A DNA stretch of 63,824 bases, filler included, from Octopus bimaculoides (Eukaryota): NCBI RefSeq assembly GCF_001194135.2. It is 6 parts of 6 records of this genome, joined end to end, with 100 filler letters (N's around TTAATTAATTAA, not from the genome) between each part and the next. Parts side by side here need not be neighbours in the genome. Positions count along the whole stretch, not along the records: positions 56,222 to 63,824 come from NC_068990.1; 5 more parts are not named here. The stretch is one strand, 5' to 3'. A program made the position numbers and the translations under genes. The notes beneath the pieces were generated by a model. That model was not told the DNA's origin. It made no database searches and saw nothing but the letters and a program-made list of their open reading frames with translations. This document shows, piece after piece, positions 62,097-63,824 of this stretch; position 1 is the first letter of the stretch, and each line of letters begins with the position of its first letter.

Positions 62097-62346
62097 TGTA
62101 TGTATGTATAATTAAAAAGTGAGCTGTGAATAATATTTGTAACTTATAATTGCCGCTGTTTCATAATCCACACTCAGTAACGTCAGTGCCATTGATTATG
62201 GTTCGCATACTAAGTTTATACATTCTACAATCGCTTATATTGTTATAGTTACGCATATAACGGTATGCTCAATAATGAACAGGAAACTACTCCTCATGAC
62301 ATCTTATTGGCATATAGTATTCTTACTCTGAGTACTGCTTGATTCA

Positions 62347-62390
<44 letters not shown>

Positions 62391-62761
62391 NNNNNNNNNN
62401 NNNNNNNNNNNNNNNNNNNNNNNNNNNNNNNNNNNNNNNNNNNNNNNNNNNNNNNNNNNNNNNNNNNNNNNNNNNNNNNNNNNNNNNNNNNNNNNNNNNN
62501 NNNNNNNNNNNNNNNNNNNNNNNNNNNNNNNNNNNNNNNNNNNNNNNNNNNNNNNNNNNNNNNNNNNNNNNNNNNNNNNNNNNNNNNNNNNNCTTTTATC
62601 TGTAAACCCGGTTGTCAAAATAACATGGTTTGTCATAGACACCTGTACTTTGTGGGGGGGTTTTTTTTGTCACTTTAGCTATGAATTAAGTTAATGAATT
62701 CAACGGGATACACTGTCTGCAAGTCGTTGGGTTCAGCATATTATCCTCCATTTTCTAATTG

Positions 62762-62800
<39 letters not shown>

Positions 62801-62889
62801 TGTGTGTGTGTGTGTGCGTGCGTGTGTGTGTATGTGTCTGTGTGTGTTTTTGTGTGTGTGCATACATATATATATGCTAGTGACAATAT

Positions 62890-63245
62890 GTATGCAAACT
62901 TGGTCAAGGGATGCACTTTGACACTTAAAACACGTTGCCAAAGGGATATAATACGATATTTTAAGGCATTTCGGCTCGATGTTAAGCCTCTGCCGCCTTG
63001 TTTTCGTTTTATGTAGATGCGGTCTACGTCACTGTTTATGTGGAAATTATATATGCTTGTTAGTATTTTTCGGGTTTTTCCATCAATGGCTTGAATCTCA
63101 TCAAGCGTCCAACCAAGCAGCCCAAATGTTGCTATGAGTCCTGTTATCTCTTTCTCTGTCTTCAAAACGCATGATGGTACTATCTTTGTTGTTTCGGCTT
63201 TGTTTACTTTTTCAATATCATTCACGTACTATTTTACAATAGTAG
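62890..63245 (-). mobile_element. R4/Dong-like LINE thumb-region fragment
   Basis: FGLLGWTLDEIQAIDGKTRKILT..NFHINSDVDRIYIKRKQGGRGL. Confidence 0.85.
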
Positions 63246-63684
63246 CCAGTGCATATAGACAGGCGTTAATCTGCTAATATATGGATTCATCACACTGCTG
63301 TAAACACTCATCACCGATTTCGTTAACAGCTTTTAAAACCATATCTGGCGGTTTTTACTTACTTTGGTAGGGAATACTCTCTCTTCAAGAGAACACTTCA
63401 AAGCCGAAGTTTTCGTTTACCAGAAAATTTCAGTAAGGGCACATTTCAACAGGCATATAATCCTGACTGCCACTACTGCTACAACAGTAGCTGCAGATAT
63501 GCCTACTATATACCATAGTTGTTGGGGGTAGGGGTCAGGTACTTGAGCCAGTAATGTATGTATGTATGTATAGATAGATAGACAGACAGACAGACACACA
63601 AACAGATGGATAGCGAGATAGACACATACATACATACATTTATATAAATACTATGTATATATATATTTATATATATATACTATG

Positions 63685-63728
<44 letters not shown>

Positions 63729-63729
63729 G

Positions 63730-63764
<35 letters not shown>

Positions 63765-63824
63765 ATATACATATACACATATACATATACGTGTGTGTCT
63801 ATGTATACGCAGATATGTACATAT

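Overview
AT-rich, microsatellite-dense eukaryotic DNA; the repeat landscape looks like a coleoid cephalopod (Octopus-like), which is my recollection and is not verified. Five identical 100-bp joins (44 N + TTAATTAATTAA + 44 N) split the window into six 7-16 kb scaffolds, so adjacency across joins is not evidence. No host gene can be called with confidence; there is one candidate exon at 33896-34137 (-). Recognisable content is mobile DNA: six R4/Dong-like LINE fragments, two Tx1/L1 ORF2 fragments plus a probable ORF1 5' end, an RTE LINE split by an insertion, a Penelope-like element (PLE) with a GIY-YIG domain, a hAT transposase remnant, hAT and mariner MITEs, and four tRNA-headed SINE families. 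Main observations: (i) four unrelated short repeat families each carry a type-I hammerhead ribozyme fold (two with canonical cores, one compensatory U3-A8 variant, one U6 variant), two of them in head-to-head inverted pairs; (ii) three compact, high-identity fold-back palindromes; (iii) Dong-like LINEs sit in (TAA)n tracts, twice in SINE tails; (iv) an in-frame microsatellite lies inside a LINE endonuclease motif. Most ORFs in the supplied track are microsatellite or N-gap artefacts.
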